From: Octopus vulgaris
Lineage: Eukaryota
Direction of reading: 5' to 3'
Assembly (NCBI GenBank): GCA_951406725.2
Contig: OX597816.1
Location: 28,830,001 to 28,894,000, forward strand
Length of the DNA: 64,000 bases
Shown: one piece after another, positions 1 to 13,661 of the stretch
Layout: every line of letters starts with the position of its first letter
How positions within the stretch are numbered: position 1 is the stretch's first letter
Translations under genes and position numbers: made by a program
The notes under the pieces: model-generated
Database searches by the model: none
What the model was told of the DNA's origin: nothing
Seen by the model: only the letters and a program-made list of their open reading frames with translations

Positions 1-15
1 TTCTCTCAATGTAGA

Positions 16-70
<55 letters not shown>

Positions 71-72
<2 letters not shown>

Positions 73-235
73 CACAGGAGTGGCTGTGTGGTAAGTAGCT
101 TGTTTACCAGCCACATGGTTCCGGGTTCAGTCCCACTGCGTGGTACCTTGGGTAAGTGTTTTCTACTATAGCTTCGGGCCGACCAAAGCCTTGTGAGTGG
201 ATTTGGTAGACGGAAACTGAAAGAAGCCCGTCGTA

Positions 236-273
<38 letters not shown>

Positions 274-477
274 TGTCTGTGTTTGTCCCCCTAGCATTGT
301 TTGACAACCGATGCTGGTGTGTTTATGTCCCCGTTACTTAGCGGTTTGGCAAAAGAGACCGATAGAATAAGTACTGGGCTTACAAAAGAATAAGTCCCGG
401 GATCGAGTTGCTCGATTAAAGGCGGTGCTCCAGCATGGCCGCAGTCAAATGACTGAAACAAGTAAAAGAGTAAAAGA

Positions 478-479
<2 letters not shown>
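71..479 (+). mobile_element. tRNA-derived SINE (family A, CORE-like), full length, embedded in (TA)n
   Basis: A-box-like TGGCTGTGTGG and B-box-like GGTTCAGTCCC, CORE-like CCTTGGG(C/T)AAGTG, internal (TA)n and a (TAAAAGAG)n tail; several homologous copies in the window. Confidence 0.9.
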
Positions 480-562
<83 letters not shown>

Positions 563-572
563 TAATATTATG

Positions 573-609
<37 letters not shown>

Positions 610-611
610 AT

Positions 612-647
<36 letters not shown>

Positions 648-651
<4 letters not shown>

Positions 652-1100
652 GTCTGGAGAGAGTCATTCTGTTTCAATGCATTATTAATTGACACACTCA
701 CCAGTTCAGATTCCATTCATTTATTATTTTTTCCTAAAATTTTCATTACTTCTTGCAAACTCTTCAATAGATGTTGACTTGTCCCTTATCGGGGCTAGGT
801 GCTTATTTATTGGTTTGTTTGTGCGCATGTGTGTGCGTCAGTGCAAAAGTGCATACACATATGTATACGTGTATGCATACATGTATGTATGCGTGTGTGC
901 GTGTATGGATATGGATGTGTATGCGTGTGCATGTATCTATCTATGTATTCTGCATATTCATGTGTTTGTGTATGTTTCTCTCTTTCTACGTATGTGTGTT
1001 TGGTGTATTTGTATGCGTACCTCTGTTTCCTTGTTTGTGTGTATGTGCGTTTGCGCGCGTGTGTGCGGGTGTGTGTGCGTCGAATCGTATTACCTATGTA
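648..1100 (-). mobile_element. Non-autonomous PLE-like repeat (family H1) with degenerate minimal hammerhead at 734-770
   Basis: Homologous to 40385-40525, 52146-52350 and 53165-53600 (TCTGGRGAGAGTCAT...CCTAAAATTTTC...TCAATAG, then a TG/TA-rich body). Confidence 0.65.
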
Positions 1101-2148
1101 GCTATCTCTCTACTTAGCTATCATATACATTTACCTACCTACCTAGCTGCCTAACTATCTACCTACCTATCTACCTACCTATCTACCTACCTATCAACCT
1201 ACATACATACCTACATAGTTATATAGAGAGATACAAACAGACACACAGACACACACATATATATTCACGTACATAACAGCCAACTAACAAATCTACCTGC
1301 CGTATATAAACTGTGGGTATGGAGGTATCACAACATTCTATATGTGTTTTCTATTTAGTATGGGGGGGTGTGTTTTATTTATGAGGACGTACTCCTATAT
1401 TCTCCTATATTTTCTGTGTATATGTATGTATGCATGTATGTATGTATAGTAATTTCTGCTACTTAAATAGTACTATTGCAGAATTGTGCGGTATCGCATT
1501 GAGAATGTTAGAACAGATATAAATAAGGAAACTTAAGGTAGCATGGACCATGATTTCTTCTGAATGATTCCTTAGAAAGTTGCTTGTAATAAAATATTGA
1601 ATAAAAGCGAATTAGACTTGACTCTACGAAACAAGTTACTTCATAGTTTACTTGTTTGAGATTCAATACATCATTCTGAAATCAACTATTGATCGCAATG
1701 GGGCGGCAGTGTTCTATTTCGAGGTCTCCCCACTTCTTAACTGTGGAGTTGAAAATCGATGTCTGTCGACTAATACACGAGACCAGGTGAAGAACGTAGA
1801 ATTCCATATTATAAGGCTGTTCAGAAAGGTTTCTATGTAATCTCTTTACAAATCAATATGCATGAAGTGTCTTTGTAGATAGCAACGTTTCACATTACTG
1901 TGTAGCCTATCAGACTGAATAATTTGCAATGGCTTGAAACAGATCCAATGCTACATTTTTCTGTGCCATTTTCAATTGCCCAATAGAGAAAGTGTGTTGT
2001 TTAAATGTACAGAGAGAAAGAGAAAGAGAGAGAGGCACAAAGACACATATATGCATAAATATATAAATTGATACACTCAGATGTCAAACATTCAGAGAAA
2101 ATTTAATAAATATGGAAAATATTTTGCAGATCATCAGATTAGTATTAG

Positions 2149-2198
<50 letters not shown>

Positions 2199-3805
2199 TA
2201 TATAAACTAATACATGTATATATATATATACATACATGCACACATATATAGTATTATATATATATGCATGCATATTTCTGTAAATATATGTCTATATGAG
2301 TGTATATGTATATGAATATCTATTTATATATGTGCAAGAATCAGTAAGTTGTCCACTGTTAAATTCTTACCACAAAGCAAATTATGCCGTAGCGTTTCTA
2401 ATCATTGCCGTTAAGCTAGTGTCACTGACGTGCAAATCTTTACGTAGCCTTCACATACTTTCATATTCTATTTCTATGTGGAATACATGTAAATTATTCT
2501 TATATATCCATCATGTCTGCTAAAAGCGTTGAAAAATCTCAATAAAAACTCCTTCGATCTAATCGTCTCTTTTGTATTGTCTATATATATATTTTTTTTT
2601 TCTATTGTTTAATCATTCCGTTACCGATTATATTTACGTCTAGTTATAATGACTGCAATAAATAAGTATATCTTATATTTTGTCAAGAAAACGCTTTGGT
2701 TTTAGATAAATGCCTCTGTTGTATTGCAGAACCTATCGAGGAATGTCAACAATGATTAGAAACATATTAATTGTACTTTCCACAGAAGCGAAATATTACT
2801 ACATGTAAGAAAAAAATGTATTTCTCCAATTTTCTTCTTTCTCTGTATCATTTATCCTTTACAAACTTGGGCGACATCTTTCATTACGTTGGCATTCCAC
2901 AAAGCATTGATTTGAAGAATCTAATCGATTTTTCACTATTTTGACCTTCTTAAAAGTTCGTTGTGCTAAAAAGGATTTCATGCTTCTTCTAATATACATC
3001 CATTAACATCTGTAACTATTTCTATTGCCTTTTACTTTTTCATGTTTCTCTGGTCAGAAGCTAAAATTGGTTGCCAATCTTGAGAGGTTTCCATAGAGAA
3101 TTCAATCATAAACTGTAGATGATGCTATTCTTGGTTGCATCCTTTGATTACAAGAATGACTAAATCAGTTACTTCAGTTTCGTTTATATATTTTCTCTCA
3201 ATAATGTTCGCCGATTTACCGATTCTACGCACTAGTAATATTTCAGATATAATTAATTACTATCTGGAACTTCCACATCTTAACTTTCACTTGCTTCGGT
3301 CATTACACTGCAGCCATGCCGGGGCATCACCTCATTCATTCGGAATAGAATATTGGATACTTCATTCTGAATATAATACGATTCACAGTTTTCAGTTTCA
3401 AAAATTAATATGACATATTTTCAGAATGACACCCTTACAGAGATATCTTAATGATGGCGGATTGGTATGTGATACTATGGGTTGTTAGGTTAAATAGATT
3501 ACAACATGAATGTCACATTTTCTTGACACACACTTACTGACTTACACAAACTTATAGTTTCGAAAGCAGGCATGATTCTTCAATATTATACACTTTCAAT
3601 TAGATGTTCTCGGCGACGCGCTAGAATGATTTTCACCTGTTTAATGGTCGACCTCATGCGAAAAGTAGAGAACTTTATGGATACAATTTATGATTTCTGT
3701 TCAAATATGGTGTGCACTAATGTTTGCTAATTTTTATTCAATAAGGCTACATAATATTTACGCAAGATAGTGAATCATCAATGTGAATATATATATATAC
3801 ATACA

Positions 3806-3995
3806 TAGGGAGAGTTTACGAAAAGAAAACAAAAGACGAAGACAGGTGGTGTACAAAACAAACAGATGTATTTGTATAACGCTCAGGAATAGAAAAAAGT
3901 ATTTTACATTTCGAGCCTACGCTCTTCTACAGAAAGGGACACAGAAAAAAACAATGAGAGAAACAAGGAGAGAAAAAAATGTGTTTAGTGGCTAA

Positions 3996-3998
<3 letters not shown>
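3806..3998 (-). mobile_element. PLE pLTR-like repeat (family H2) in (TA)n, hammerhead-like motif at 3902-3936
   Basis: Homologous to 41082-41278; minus strand reads CTTT-CTGTAGA-A-GAGC(GTAG)GCTC-GAAA-TGTA-AAA. Confidence 0.65.
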
Positions 3999-4044
<46 letters not shown>

Positions 4045-4744
4045 TATATACATAATATATATATATATATAGTCTGTCAGAACAGGGTTCATAAGTGAAG
4101 ACAACGGCACATTTATAATAGTTTGGGTATATTTTAAAGAGATAAACTAAACACAATGTATTTCCGAAATGTTATATGCTTAGTCTCATGTGATGGTTAG
4201 AAATGTATAATATAGGCTCATTTCTACGTATGATGCAAATGAAAGTATTCAGTTAACAGACAAGAACCATTGGTTTCATAGAAAATCAATGACAAAAATA
4301 CTGAACTCAAAACCGAAGACAAGATAATGTGCTTGAATCCATTTTACTAGAGCTATATTCTTTGAATCTGCCTGAAAATTCAATACCAATAGAAAAATGA
4401 CCGACTCTGCCTGAAATATTGTTTGCATGAACAGAACATATTTAGAGTGACTTGTAGAAATTTGACATCTAATTCTAGCGTGTAGGCGTTGGCACTGCAG
4501 CACCCTTAATTATAATTATATTTTCATAAGTATATACTTAAAAAATAATTTTACCGATACGGTGGCTTTTATACGCTAGCCACTGGTTTAACCATTTTAG
4601 CGATTACATCCTCAAATTTTAAGAATATATAATTTTGAGTTCTCTACTCATTATTTTTTGCTAAGGTATTATATTCACCCCGGCATGATTTCTGACTGTA
4701 ACCTCATGGCTGACATGGGAGATATAATGTATACGCGGGAGATG

Positions 4745-4796
<52 letters not shown>

Positions 4797-5089
4797 TGTC
4801 TGTACACAGAAATTTGTCGGTATGTATATGTATTTTTCGCTTCCATATTGTCGGTGTACCTCTACTGAAGAGCCTAAAGAACATTTTTTTAATTACAGAA
4901 CACGAAATCTTAAGCCATAGGATTATCCGAAACTTTTGTAAATCTTCTTGCCCATTACTTCGCATTCGGCCCTGTATAAAAGCAGAGAACATATTTAGAG
5001 TGGATTGTAGATATTAAACATCTACTTCTAGCGTATATGATTTGACACTCCAGCGCCCTTAATGATAATTAGAGATTTATAATTATATA

Positions 5090-5150
<61 letters not shown>

Positions 5151-6788
5151 ATATATATACCCACACATATGTATGTATGCATGTATATATGTATGCACGT
5201 GTGTGCCTACAATGAATATAAATAGCAGCCAATACTTGGAATCAATTAATCAAGTGATGTTGTTTTATGTCATGTTAGACATGCATATTAAGCTTGAGTT
5301 GTGTGACAGAATGCACGATTTTGCAGCATGTAATTACGTCTCTCTCACGTCTTGTGTTCTAATTCTGCTGACAACAATTCGATTCTCATTCTTCCAGGAA
5401 AGATTAAAGTAAGCAAATTAAATAGCGCGAATGATCTACCTGAGCTCCATCTTCAACAAGAAATGTTGGCTTGAAACTATGCTAGAAATCAATACCAAAT
5501 CGCTTCTTAAGAAACCAATATTAGTGCTCCTCTCATTTCTCTATTTCAGCCAATGAAGTTCGATGCAACACGTACTATATTGAAGCAGCAGAATTGCACG
5601 GAGCTTGCAGATATTTCTTATTCTTCTCGATATTTCTTGTATTTAAAATAACGGTGCATTTGTAATTATGCTCTTCGAAGATGATTCGATAATAAAGCTT
5701 GTTCTCCTGATTAACAATTCGGAGAGCAAATTGAGAAGAGACAAAGCAGAGTTTCTGCATAATAACTTTAATAGTTATGTGTATATTTATGTCTATTCAA
5801 GATTTAATTTATTATATTTCCTTTGTAGGAAATACGATTAAAAAAATCGAACTTATTCGTTTGCCCTCTCAACTTATGTTGCTTGTTTTAATTTTACTAA
5901 ATAGTAATCCAAATATTGTTTCATTGTCTATTTTATAGCAGTGAATTTCAGAAAATATATATGGAATTTTATTTTGTCTTTGGCAATGAACATATATTGC
6001 TTGTATGTATTTTCTTTTATGTATGCTATATATAAACGGAGATTTCGATATATTTCTGTACATAGCTATAACCATTTCACACACACACTCACACACACAC
6101 ACACACTTTATCTATATCAGTATGTGTTTATCAATTCGCTTGTGTATGTCTGTGCTTGTATGTGTATACGTGCGTGTATGCATGAATAAAAGCATAAGTT
6201 CATTGAAATGGAACACATATTTGGTATTCCGATGCTTTTATTGAAAATTATATGATGCGACGACAAAGATTAAATTACAGGACAAAATTCAACTGTGCTT
6301 TCAGAAGTGATTCGAATATTCTATTCATTTGCGAAACATTATAACGTGTTCTCCAATATCCCCCAACTACCTCATAGAACAACTTTTTTCAATCGCTACG
6401 ATGAACCATAGCATACAAATAAATCGATATCTCTTTCGTGGCGACAGTAATGTTCTGTGATTCGAAATGTATGGTTATATTATACGTACTTACATACCGA
6501 TCCAATTAATACGTATTTATTCAAAAGTACCGAAAATGAAGCACAATAATACTTATGTATATGATTGCCAATATGCTTGTGTGCATACATGTATATGCGC
6601 GCGTATACAATTGAGTTTTTATGTATGTATGTATGTATGTATGTATGTATGTACGTATGCATGCATGTATGTATATATGAATATATACACATATACATAA
6701 ATACATACATGCATATATATATATATATATATATACATGTAATATATAAATGTATATTTAAGTTTGTAAGCATATTTCTCTCCCTCTA

Positions 6789-6851
<63 letters not shown>

Positions 6852-7097
6852 TATATAACTGTACACATACAACCGGAAGCACGAATATAGATTGATAATG
6901 ATAATGATAAAATTGTAGGTACACTGCTCTCCTCTTCATAAATCATTATTAGAATATAAATAGTTGCGTATTCTCGTTATGGGCCTCCCATATAAATATT
7001 TACCCATGGCACAAAACTCAACAATATTGTTCCAACGGATTTATATTCATATACATATGAATTCGTGCGAACATTTCTCTGCATGCACACACACACA

Positions 7098-7158
<61 letters not shown>

Positions 7159-7583
7159 ATACTCTCTCTCTCTCACACACACAGGTCTGTGTGCGTGTAC
7201 AGGGTGATACAAAAACATCCAGAAAGATAGAGATAAAAATGGCTCGATACAAAACATGCACAATTTACACATAAATATATAGACTACATAGTGTAGTCTC
7301 ATGGTGTCCCATATACATAAAAGAAAGCGATTTTGATGGGATACAATGAAATAAATAATCACAGAATTGTAAGAGCTAGCCGAAATCAATTGATTCCTCA
7401 GTCTTATATACCCATGAGTAGACAAATATCTACTGTTCTTTATAACGTAAACTTCGACTAATTAACATTGCTAAAATCGTGAGAAACTAAATAACCAAGT
7501 CTCCATTCGATCCTTCCAGTCTAAATGCGACTGCAATACTGCTGTTAGCATTCTTATATGTCTTATCCCATCTGGATCACATT

Positions 7584-7888
7584 GTTTTTTTTTTTGTTTT
7601 GTTCCTTCTCGAGCCATGCCTGGCTCATAAGGGCCGGTTTCCCGGTTTCCTTGGCTTATATGTTCCCCACCTGGACGGGACACCGGTCCATCGCAGGTGA
7701 CCTGCAAGATGCAGGAGAAAAGAGTGAGCGAAAGAGTCAGCAGAAGTTTCGCCAGTACCTTCTGTCGGAGTCGCGTGGAGTTTAGGAGTTTTCGCTCATA
7801 AACACACACATCGCCCGGTCTGAGATTCGAACCTGCGATCCCTCGACCGCGCGTCCGCTGTTCTAACCACTTGGCCATGTGCCTCCTA
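7584..7888 (-). mobile_element. tRNA-derived SINE (family B) with A-rich tail and 14-bp TSD
   Basis: Minus strand A-box TGGCCAAGTGG and B-box GGTTCGAATCT; central CCTGCGATGGACCGGTGTCCCGTCCAGG resembles the V-SINE domain; TSD ATCTGGATCACATT at 7570-7583 and 7889-7902. Confidence 0.9.
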
Positions 7889-8849
7889 ATCTGGATCACA
7901 TTAATCTCAGATGATAATTCGTTAGGACTAGCATCCTCGGATTTTGTATATTCATGAACGATAGGCAGTTACATTTATACTATAGTGGCTTCTAATATTC
8001 CAAATGGACAGTAATCCTTATGTTTACAGCTCTCAGGGAAATTGTATCGGGGTTAAGGCTGAAGGTATTTTTGAATGATATAACCTGCACATCCAGAACA
8101 GGCGCATATAACTCCAACTTTGATGCAAACTAAGTCAATGGTTTAGCAATTTGAAGCAGTATGACTCATCATACGACGGATAGCTTCATGGGGAATGAAT
8201 ACTCAATGAGATTGATTTCTGACTTATATTGATTTTTTTATAAAAACATTACGTAGAAAGAGTGTCAAATATTACCTTTACAGGTCATGAAAATAAACAA
8301 TCTACATTAATTTGAATCTACCCTTAATTTGAAAGGTCCTGAAATCATCCTTAAACATAATTACTAAGGGGCACATTGTCCTAACTTTTGTATATTTTGT
8401 ACTTTCTCCCGTAAAATATTGTCTTGCAGTTTATCTGATTCTGCATAATTTGCAAGCGTCTCTATTACCATCTTTTTGACGAGGGTGCAGAAGTGGAGCA
8501 GCTTGGAGAAAGTCATCTTTTAAAGCTGTAGTATATATTTGCCTTTTTACTTCGTATTCGAAACATGAAGCGTTGCACAGTTTTGTCAATAGTAAAGGCA
8601 TACCTATTGTGTAGCAATTAATTCCATAATTGGAAAACATCAATCAAGTAACTACCATGTTAAATATCATCTAAAATCAATACACTTGATAGTAAATATG
8701 TAAATATCGTCTCAGGGAAATGGAAGTACAATCAACAAAATCGCCGAATGTTGAAATGACAAATGCACTAAGTTTTTGCTTCTATTTATGGTATTATTAT
8801 TACTCTTTTACTCTTTTACTTGTTTCAGTCATTTGACTGCGGTCATGCT

Positions 8850-10330
8850 GTTCAGTAGTGTTATTTTTATTACGTGCTTTTGCTGTGCTACCGAGCGCAG
8901 CTCTGTGTGCCTTGGACATGTGCTGTGGTTTGTTGTGGTATTCTTATTTTCACTATATGGAAAGTACATTACGTTGGATGCGCACAGTTCCTAGTTGTGC
9001 TATTTTCTGTATGTTAAATACATTCGTAAGTACTGCTGTTTTGGTTATATATTTGACTGAATCATTTTTAATCATACATCACACACCTATTAATATAGGG
9101 ACTGATTCTGTTTTTGGGCACCACATTCGAGTTACGACTCGAGATCTTTGTATTTTGAGAGATTCTCCGTTCCTCCGTTATAAATGCATTGTCATCGGTT
9201 GTTGTTGTTATGTCTATTAGAAGGCATTTTTTGGTGATCTCAAACAACTCTATCCGGTATTTTAGCCTAGATCTCTCTATCTGTGTTTATTGGCATATCC
9301 CAACGTACAGTTGCTTTGTCATTTTCTGAGGGATATTCTGGGGTGTGTCTATACCATCTTTTCTCTATTGTCATTCCACAGTGTCGGCATATCTTCCAGT
9401 GTATATAGGTCCCACCTCTGATATGTATGAGGATATATTCTTTCTTAGCCAGGGCTGGGCAGCCAGAGGCAATATGATTTATTGTTTCTTTCTCATCACC
9501 TCATATTCTGAAGGTACTTGCTGTATTTTTATTCATTATATGTTTCTGGTGATTTCTGGTGGTGGTCGTGGTGGGGGTTGATCTCGTGCTGCAATTAGAA
9601 ATCCTTCAGGCACTGCTTTGACTACTGAGCTTCTCAGCCATTGTTGGGAGTTTGCTATGTCCATTTCCTTTATGCTCAGCTTACCCCAATATTTGCCCTG
9701 TAAGGGCTTTTCTTTCCATTGTTTTATCATGATTCTTTGTTGTTCGAGTCTTAGTTTGTATTTCAGTTGTTTTACAATTTTTTTTTTTGTTTCTTCTTTT
9801 TCTTCATAGATGGCAGGTACTATGACATCTATAATGTATTTTTCATCTTCGTTAAAGCCAGAAAATAGTATTTGTATGGCTCGTGTTTTAGGTTTTCCTT
9901 GCTTCTGAATTACATATTTCAGTAGGCGAATGGTGGTGATTTCATAATAGTTTTCTAACTGTATAATGCCTCTACCATCTTGAATTCGTTATATTATATA
10001 TAACCAATTCATTTTCGGTGACTCTGTCAGATTTAGTGTGGTGCATCATAAATTCTGTATTTGTCTTATTTTCTTGTCTAATGTGATTAGTTCATTTAGG
10101 GTCTAATTAAGAATATTATAGCTGTAACATAACTGTGACAGCTAAAGTGTTGGTACCTATTATCTTGTTTTTCGCATTTAGCTCTGTTTTCAGTATTAAT
10201 CTAATTTGTCTATAGTACCCCTCCTTTATCTTGTCTTTCATTTGCATGTGTTTTACCGTATCTAATTCATTGATTCCTAAGTATTTATATGTCTTGCTTA
10301 TTTCATTTGTTTTATCTAGTGTGATGTTGT
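8850..10330 (-). mobile_element. Degenerate R4/Dong-clade non-LTR retrotransposon (RT C-terminus, RLE, 3'UTR)
   Basis: WKEKPLQGKY...WLRSS...EGFLIAARDQ and YKYLGI remnants; 3'UTR homologous to 19264-19360; many stops and frameshifts. Confidence 0.9.
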
Positions 10331-10379
10331 TATCATTATATGAAATTTCACAGCTTAATTTTCTGCGTATGATGGAAAG

Positions 10380-10790
10380 AGTCAGCTGTCCACAGCCAGC
10401 AGACTAAGCAGTTCCAAGCAATGCTGATTTTTTTGGTGTTCTACTTTTACACTCACGCCAATCTGTTCAGCCATGTTGGTAGTCGACCGCTGATACTTTC
10501 AAGAGCACCAATGGCTACTGGTGTCACGTCTACCCCGTTCATTGACTACAACCTTCGTATTTCCTACTTCAAATCTTCATAACTCTTAATTCTTTTCTTT
10601 CACATTGATCCTGTTGTCATCTGGGCATACTATGTCGATTATCATACATGTTTTGTTTCCTTTTATTCACCGCTACAATGTTTCTATGTCTGGTCTGGTA
10701 TGGTCGTCGAAAGGGATCATTGCATCTCACATAATTTTGCAATTCTCATTTTCAGTGACTCTTTCTGGAGTTACAATTTTCTTCTTGTCA
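10380..10790 (-). mobile_element. Degenerate R4/Dong RLE-domain fragment (separate family)
   Basis: Minus-strand remnants TPERVTENENCKI, RPDI, IIDIVCPDD, PVAIGAL. Confidence 0.75.
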
Positions 10791-10791
10791 T

Positions 10792-11085
10792 GTAGCCCAT
10801 CCAGCTCAAAAGTTCCTCTGAATAAGGACTGTTTAAGGATGTTGAACAAAATACCCATGTTTCCAAAGGTGAATTTTCCACACCTCTAAGAATTCCTTTC
10901 AACACACGGCTATGATGCTTCCCCACTACTTCTGCTCGTGATCAGAGATGCACATATCGTCAGCAACTAAGGAAAATGCTCAACCTGTTGAGGTCAAACA
11001 ACTGACAAGCCAATCTGTGGAATTGAGCAGAATATTTGCTGTATCTAATCGATTAAGATCAGAAGCCATGAGAGCCGCTGTCTTT
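10792..11085 (-). mobile_element. Partial copy of TAA-associated non-coding element (family T)
   Basis: Aligns to 18600-18945 with an internal deletion; abuts (ATT)n at 11090-11255. Confidence 0.8.
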
Positions 11086-11120
11086 ATCATCATTATTATT
11101 ATTATTATTATTATTATTAA

Positions 11121-11157
<37 letters not shown>

Positions 11158-11179
11158 TTTATGATTATTATTATTATTA

Positions 11180-11234
<55 letters not shown>

Positions 11235-11255
11235 CATTATTATTATTATTATTAT

Positions 11256-13165
11256 CTTCGCAAAGCTTCCAATGTCGAAGAGGCATTACGGTGTCATTTG
11301 TTCACTGCCAGTGAACTAAGGTAACACACCTGATTTTTCGATCACCACCCGGTGTATTTGAGCGGTTCCAAGCAGTGCTGCTTTCTGCAAGTGCTCCACC
11401 CTTATTGCAGTCCCTATTTGTTCCATGTACTTCTCAAGGTATTTACTTACTGTTTCCAGGGCACTGACAATTATTGCTCCTACTATTACCTTTTTCAGCG
11501 ACCACAACTGCTTAACCTCCCAAGCTAACCTTTTATATGTATCGACTTTTCTTTCCTCCTTATCGCATACATTGTTGTTAGCTGGGCATGCTATATGATC
11601 CAACATCGTTTGCTTTCTTTTTCAATTAACACTATGTCTTGCTTCCTATTTTCTTTCTCATGGTTGCACTGAATCATAAAATGCCAAAGGATATTTGCAT
11701 TATCATTTTTGCTGATGCTATCAGGTTTATGTTCGTACCACTTTTTTGCTGTCAAGTCCGTACTTCTGGCAAACTGTCCAACGGACAATCCTTGCTATAG
11801 TGGCATAACATCTCTCATATTCTTTCTGGGCTAGTGGCGTACATCGACTTGTAATACACCCTAGAATTTCACCATTTTGTCCACAACTTCTGCACTTACC
11901 ACTTTCTGATGTGTTGTCTATTCAGTATTTGATGTAATTGTTTCTTAATGCTTGCTTTTGGGCAACACAGATTAGAGCCTCCGTTTCCGGTTCTAAATCC
12001 CTTTTAGTCATCCATATCCAACTTTTTTCTCTGTTTGTCTTATCTTCAACATCCCTATCAAATTTTACATGCATTCTTTTATTTATCAACGTATTTTCAC
12101 TTTCATTCAATCTCAAGTTGTTGTACAGTGCTTTATCTTTGCAATCTTCCATCCTACACAATGCATGACCTTCTTACTTCCAATAATAGCGGTTGTTTCA
12201 TTTTATTTACATAGCATGCTTCGTTGTTTTCTTCTGCTCTAATGCTGTGTTTGCATCCAATCAGTCCTCTGTCCCTTCTTTGTTTTATTTTTGTTGGTAC
12301 ATACGGTCTGTCTCTGTCACTTTTTGGGTGGAATATCCCATATCTATTCAGCAACCTCCTTTCCTTTCTGTCTAATCAGTTTAGTTCGTCTACTGTTCAT
12401 GCGATTATCTCTGCTCCATATCTAAAGAGTGAAACTGCCCATGTGTTGATAACTTCAATCCCATTCCGTCCGTTGAATTTCGACTTAAGGATCAATCTCA
12501 GTTTGCGCAAGTATTACACCTAAAGTTTTTTGTCATTTCTTCCTCCATCAATTGATCCATTTCCAAGTACTTACAGCCCGCCTCTTCTTTCGGTTTCATA
12601 ACCTCCCCCGACAGTATTACTAGCCGGTCCATACATTTGATTTTGCATCTCTTCAAGACTAACAGACCACAATTTTTTCATTCCGAACTGCATTCTGATA
12701 TCAGCACTGAATGTATACATGTAGCAACGAGGGAGCTGATTTGGGATACATCTTTACTATAAAGTTTGAGGTCATGCATGAATAACAAGTGGTTGACACT
12801 TTGTTGGCGGCTCTTGAGTACATACTTCGCCTTTGCTTTCCTCAGAATCAGTGTTAGTTGTAACATGCATAGTACAAAGATCAGTGGGGATAGGCAGTCC
12901 TCTTGGAAGATGCTACTCCTGATTTCTATTGTATCTAAACTTCTTCCATATACACAGTTCCGTCCTCCACTTTACCATACTTTTTACAAGTAATCGCTCA
13001 ACATTCGATGCAATATCAAATAGGTTCATACTTTCTATAATCCAAGAATATGGGATCATATATATCTTAGGATAATCGATGCATGATCTGGCTAGGTTAG
13101 TTTTCATCCTCTTGCAGTCTCTAAGTACAGTTTTGTTTATCTGGAGTTGATCCTTGGAGCAGCTG
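11256..13165 (-). mobile_element. Degenerate R4/Dong-clade retrotransposon (RT, Zn-knuckle, RLE, 3'UTR) ending in (TAA)n
   Basis: KDQLQINK..DCK, IFQ.DCLSPL, NHLLFMHDLKLY (degenerate MDD motif), ETEALICVAQ, KKWYEHKP, LQKAALLGTA. Confidence 0.92.
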
Positions 13166-13589
13166 CACTTATGAGGTAGGTAGCAATCAGCCCGTTTTAC
13201 TATGATGCACAACATGTATTGTTTAGTCTTCAGGATCCACATTTTGCTAATTTCTATTTCAAGATCTTTATATTTGCTCAGTTTTTGGTAGGTCTTGACA
13301 GATACGTTTAAATCGATTGGAACAGTCACATGTATGAGGAGGCATGATTTTTGTCTGAAGACTTTCAATATAATGCCTGGCCTATTTGCATCTATCTTTC
13401 TGTCAGTTTGAATGGTGAAGTTCAAGAGGAATGATATGTGATCATTTTCAAGCACTGGTTGTGACTTGTGTTCTCACCAGCTTTTTATCATCGGGCAAGT
13501 CCAGGATTTTGAAAATTAAGCAGTGAATATATTGTAAAACTTTATGATCCTGTTGATATACTGTGTAGGCACAAGAAGACTGCACATGG

Positions 13590-13590
<1 letters not shown>
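13166..13590 (-). mobile_element. R4/Dong RLE fragment, same family as 23416-24440
   Basis: NFTIQTDRKIDANRPGII...KTYQKLSKYKDLEIEISKMW is near-identical to the 23323 ORF; bounded by (ATT)n at 13591. Confidence 0.9.

Positions 13591-13661
<71 letters not shown>

Noticed and set aside
2730-5850. Possible small host exons after polypyrimidine-AG sites (~2730, ~5398, ~5550, ~5830)
   Set aside because: No recognisable protein similarity or consistent frame; needs RNA-seq
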